From the IMG/VR virus record IMGVR_UViG_3300029358_000325, positions 1 to 64,000 of that record: DNA of 64,000 bases; one strand, given 5' to 3'. The stretch comes from a virus. Made by a program: the position numbers and the translations under genes. Shown here piece after piece: positions 61,001-64,000 of this stretch (position 1 is its first letter; every line of letters begins with the position of its first letter). The notes below the pieces were generated by a model. That model had not been told where the DNA came from and did not search any database. It saw only the letters and a program-made list of their open reading frames with translations.

Positions 61001-63896
61001 TCTGTTCAGGTGTCATTTCCCAAGACTTACCATTCCAGCTAGTAACAACAATCTTATTTTCGCTATTCATATTCCACACCCTCACTTGTTAGATTTGCAC
61101 TGATATTTGCGTTCAATCATCTCTGCATCAGCGCAAGTCATACCGTAATACCAACGCACATCAACAACGGATTCAACCCAGTTTCCAGTCTTGCGGTTCT
61201 TTATGACACGAACCTCTTCAACATCTTTGTGAATCTGTGTGCCTGGCTTCGGGAGATAAGTCAAAACACTTTCTTCAGAATGTTCCAAATCGTAAGAGCC
61301 AACAAATGTGCAATCACGTTTGATCAAATCAAAAATTTTCTTACGGCTCTGTTTAGACAGGTTTCTCATATTGCAAACTCCTTTTCTCTTGTGAACTTAA
61401 TCACCAGTGCATTCACATTGGCTGCTTCCATCGTTGACTGCTTTGCATCCTCATGGTTACCAGCTCTAAGGAATGAAACACTCTGATCCATCAGCTTGCG
61501 CCGATAAGAAGAAAGAGCTGCGAGAATAATATTCTTTTCAATGTTGGTCATGTTCTTTTTCCTCCTGCTCACGTTCCTTGTGAAATTTTCGCACTTCTTC
61601 CCAAAAATCAAACGGACTAGAATTGTGATGAACAAGCTCCATGTATTCTTTTCTACTGTTAAGATGGTTTATGTTAGTATCCATTTCTATCACCTCAATT
61701 TTCATCGCTCAGGTTCTGGCAAAAACTTAAATAAAAATCAATGTCGAAATCCTCCACAGTGCAATCAGGAGAAAAATCATAGAGCACATCTGCAACCGCT
61801 TCGTATTTATAAAGAGCATCTACAATCTCGTCACGGAATGCCGTAACCCAGTTTTTTGTTACATTGAATTTTCTGGTGATCTCGTAAATATAGATGATCC
61901 AATTACCTTCTGTGGTGCTTCTTGTTCCACTTTCGACCATCCAGTCAGAAATACTGTTAATCATCCAATCGGTAACTTGTTTTACAGTTTCGCTAGTATA
62001 CATTTTCTATTACCTCAATCAAAACTGAACCACTTCATGTTTTGCCTTTTCCAGCATCTCTTTCTCTTGCTCTTCAAGACGCTCAACCTCGCACAAAACA
62101 TCACGAATGCCAAAGATAATCAAATCACGATCTCGTTCACGTTCTGCTCTATGTACTGGATTGTTTTTACAAGATCCTTCGCACAAGTTATTTTCTCTTG
62201 CAATCAAATTATCAATCGCATACTTCAAAACACGCTTATCTTTTTCAGTCATATTTATCACCTCAATCATTGTAAAATATCTGTTTTAGCAGTTTTTGAA
62301 ATCCAAAGCTCTTACAAAATTCACAATAGGGTCTCGGAAAACAACGCTCTTAATACAAAGCGACTCCAAATCATACTGACCTTTACAATTTCCGTAAAAG
62401 ATAAGTCCATGACCGATTTTATCAAACCATTTTTGAGCCTTATCAATAGAATAAAAGTGCTGCGCACCATCAACGGATTCAGTAAAAAATGTGTACCCAC
62501 ACTCACCAAATTGAACATACTCCCAACGATTAAGAGTGTTTCCTTCGTAGTCGAATAAATGCTTTACGGCAATAACATATACAGTTTTCATATTTTCATC
62601 TCCTATAAAAGCATGATTTTAATCCGCATAATAATCTTCTTCCGTTTCGATATCATCTAAGATATTCTCTAAAGAAGACTGTAAACCAAACTCACAAAGG
62701 AGTTCCTTCAACTCTCCAATCGTATCAAACTCACCCAGTTTCTTCTTGGAATCATCAGGATCAAGCAAAACAATAGAATCATATCGCTCTGACCTACAAA
62801 CCTGTACACCACAACCATCATCAACAGTGCGAATGTCATACAAGGTGAAACGCTTCATACAGAACACTCCTTTTAATGTTTAGATATCAAAAGCATCATA
62901 AAGATCTTCTGGCTTATCATTCGGCATCCATACTTTTGCATTATCATTAAGGAAGTAACCGCAACCAAAAAATCCAGCAGGAGAATCACAAAGATTCTGT
63001 TCACCATCTTTAACACCAGCTTGATAAATAACATAGATAAACTCAGCAAGCTCATGCTTATCCATCCGCTTAATACGATCGTACATTGTTTCCATATCAA
63101 TCACTCCTTTTAATATTTTCATGCTTCGCATTGGTAGCGGTTATGTCTGCCCTAGTACCGCTAATCACCTAGCATCTGCTGCTCACACTACCCAGATCTG
63201 ACTTCTTATGTAGTCCTCAATATCTGCCGGGTATCCATTGCGCTGGATGTACTGACACAGAACACGCTGCACATCTCTGTTATCACCATAATCCATGGCG
63301 ATAGAGATATCCTCACCGTGAGTGCCTACGCCAAGACACTCATACTTTCTGACTTCAATATAGAAATCATGTGCGCTGTAGTGTCTGCCGTCTCTGCGGT
63401 CAAGAATGCTGTCAATAATCATTCTTCGTCCTCCTGCTCTTCAATACGAACCAAACACTTCATGGTATTTAATATGTTGTTGTAGCGTCATTGGCTTATA
63501 AACATTCCTTGCGTTAGGATTCGGACGATACCAATGAATAATTTTCCCATCATTCAAAAAATAGCAAGTAACGATACTACCATTACACAATGCCTTTATA
63601 GGTTTTACACCAGCCGGAAGTTCAGACAATTTCCAGAAATATTTTTCTTCTTCAAACTCATGACTCAAAGAAAATCTTGCGATTCCATTTTCCATTCCAA
63701 GATAGCAAGTTCTGAATCCAACTACGTTTTCAAAGAAATGCAGTTGTTCCAATGAATCAAATTCAGCTAAATACCACTGCCAATTTTTATGTATTATAAT
63801 TTTTGTACGGTGCCTTTCGTTAATACTTTTTGCAATAGTCATATAGTTCCTGTTCCAGTAAAAATCATTCTTCATTTTCAATCGCTCCCTCATCAA
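55038..63896 (-). other. Array of about 25 small co-directional ORFs (61-288 aa), many acidic or Cys-rich. Probably an early, host-takeover or anti-defence region.
   Basis: Dense minus-strand ORFs with short intergenic gaps and AGGAG-like SDs. No recognisable enzymatic motifs. This is the upstream end of the unidirectional gene array. Confidence 0.4.
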
Positions 63897-64000
63897 TCAT
63901 ATTTTTATAGAAATCATCATCCAGAATTTGTTCTCCACACCAATTTACAAATAATCTTGCAACGTCCTCACCAGACATTTTAACCAGTGCATCCCACATC

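Overview
This 64 kb window reads as one continuous block of bacteriophage or prophage DNA. It is AT-rich, with Firmicutes-type AGGAGG ribosome binding sites and frequent GTG/TTG starts. Essentially every credible gene is on the minus strand, so transcription runs from the right end (64 kb) towards the left end. All plus-strand ORFs in the six-frame track look like antisense shadows of minus-strand genes.

Modules from right to left:
- 55-64 kb: about 25 small, often acidic or Cys-rich ORFs, typical of an early or accessory region.
- 51-55 kb: an antirepressor-like gene, a second tyrosine recombinase and a DnaD-like replisome organiser.
- 46.5-51 kb: an accessory block with a Lar-like restriction-alleviation protein, a PTP-type phosphatase, a Pol-beta-type nucleotidyltransferase and a SleB-like cell wall hydrolase.
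- 40.8-46 kb: an RNA block. It holds a lone MazF/PemK-like endoribonuclease, a trifunctional Pnkp-like RNA repair enzyme (kinase, phosphatase, ligase-like), and a cluster of 8 tRNAs plus one degenerate tRNA-like element. The tRNAs are Ile-UAU, two Gly-UCC, Leu-UAG, Gln-UUG, Pro-UGG, Leu-UAA and Leu-CAA. GNRA-type hairpin spacers separate them.
- 20-40.7 kb: a DNA replication block. It contains a C5-cytosine methyltransferase whose motif order is circularly permuted, an SSB-like protein, a Sak4-like ATPase, DnaB-like helicase, primase, RecJ-like exonuclease, a metallophosphoesterase, DnaE-type Pol III alpha, a RecD-like helicase whose Walker A motif is split by a LAGLIDADG intein, and an ATP-dependent DNA ligase.
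- 7.7-18 kb: a nucleotide-metabolism block (ThyX, NrdD/NrdG, dUTPase). Interleaved membrane-protein genes include LemA, an SPFH/band-7 protein and a lipoprotein.
- 0.3-7.7 kb: small hypothetical ORFs, then FolD, an excisionase-like HTH protein and a tyrosine integrase at the left end.

No capsid, tail or terminase genes fall in the window. A 21-bp motif, TA(A/G)CTATAT(A/T)A(C/T/A)ACAGGATAC, recurs seven times between 21.6 and 46.1 kb. Five copies sit directly upstream of the SD-start of genes, which suggests a phage-specific promoter or operator.

The candidates for something new are: the tRNA supply and repair block with its adjacent MazF-like nuclease and nucleotidyltransferase; the permuted methyltransferase; and the recurring 21-bp motif.
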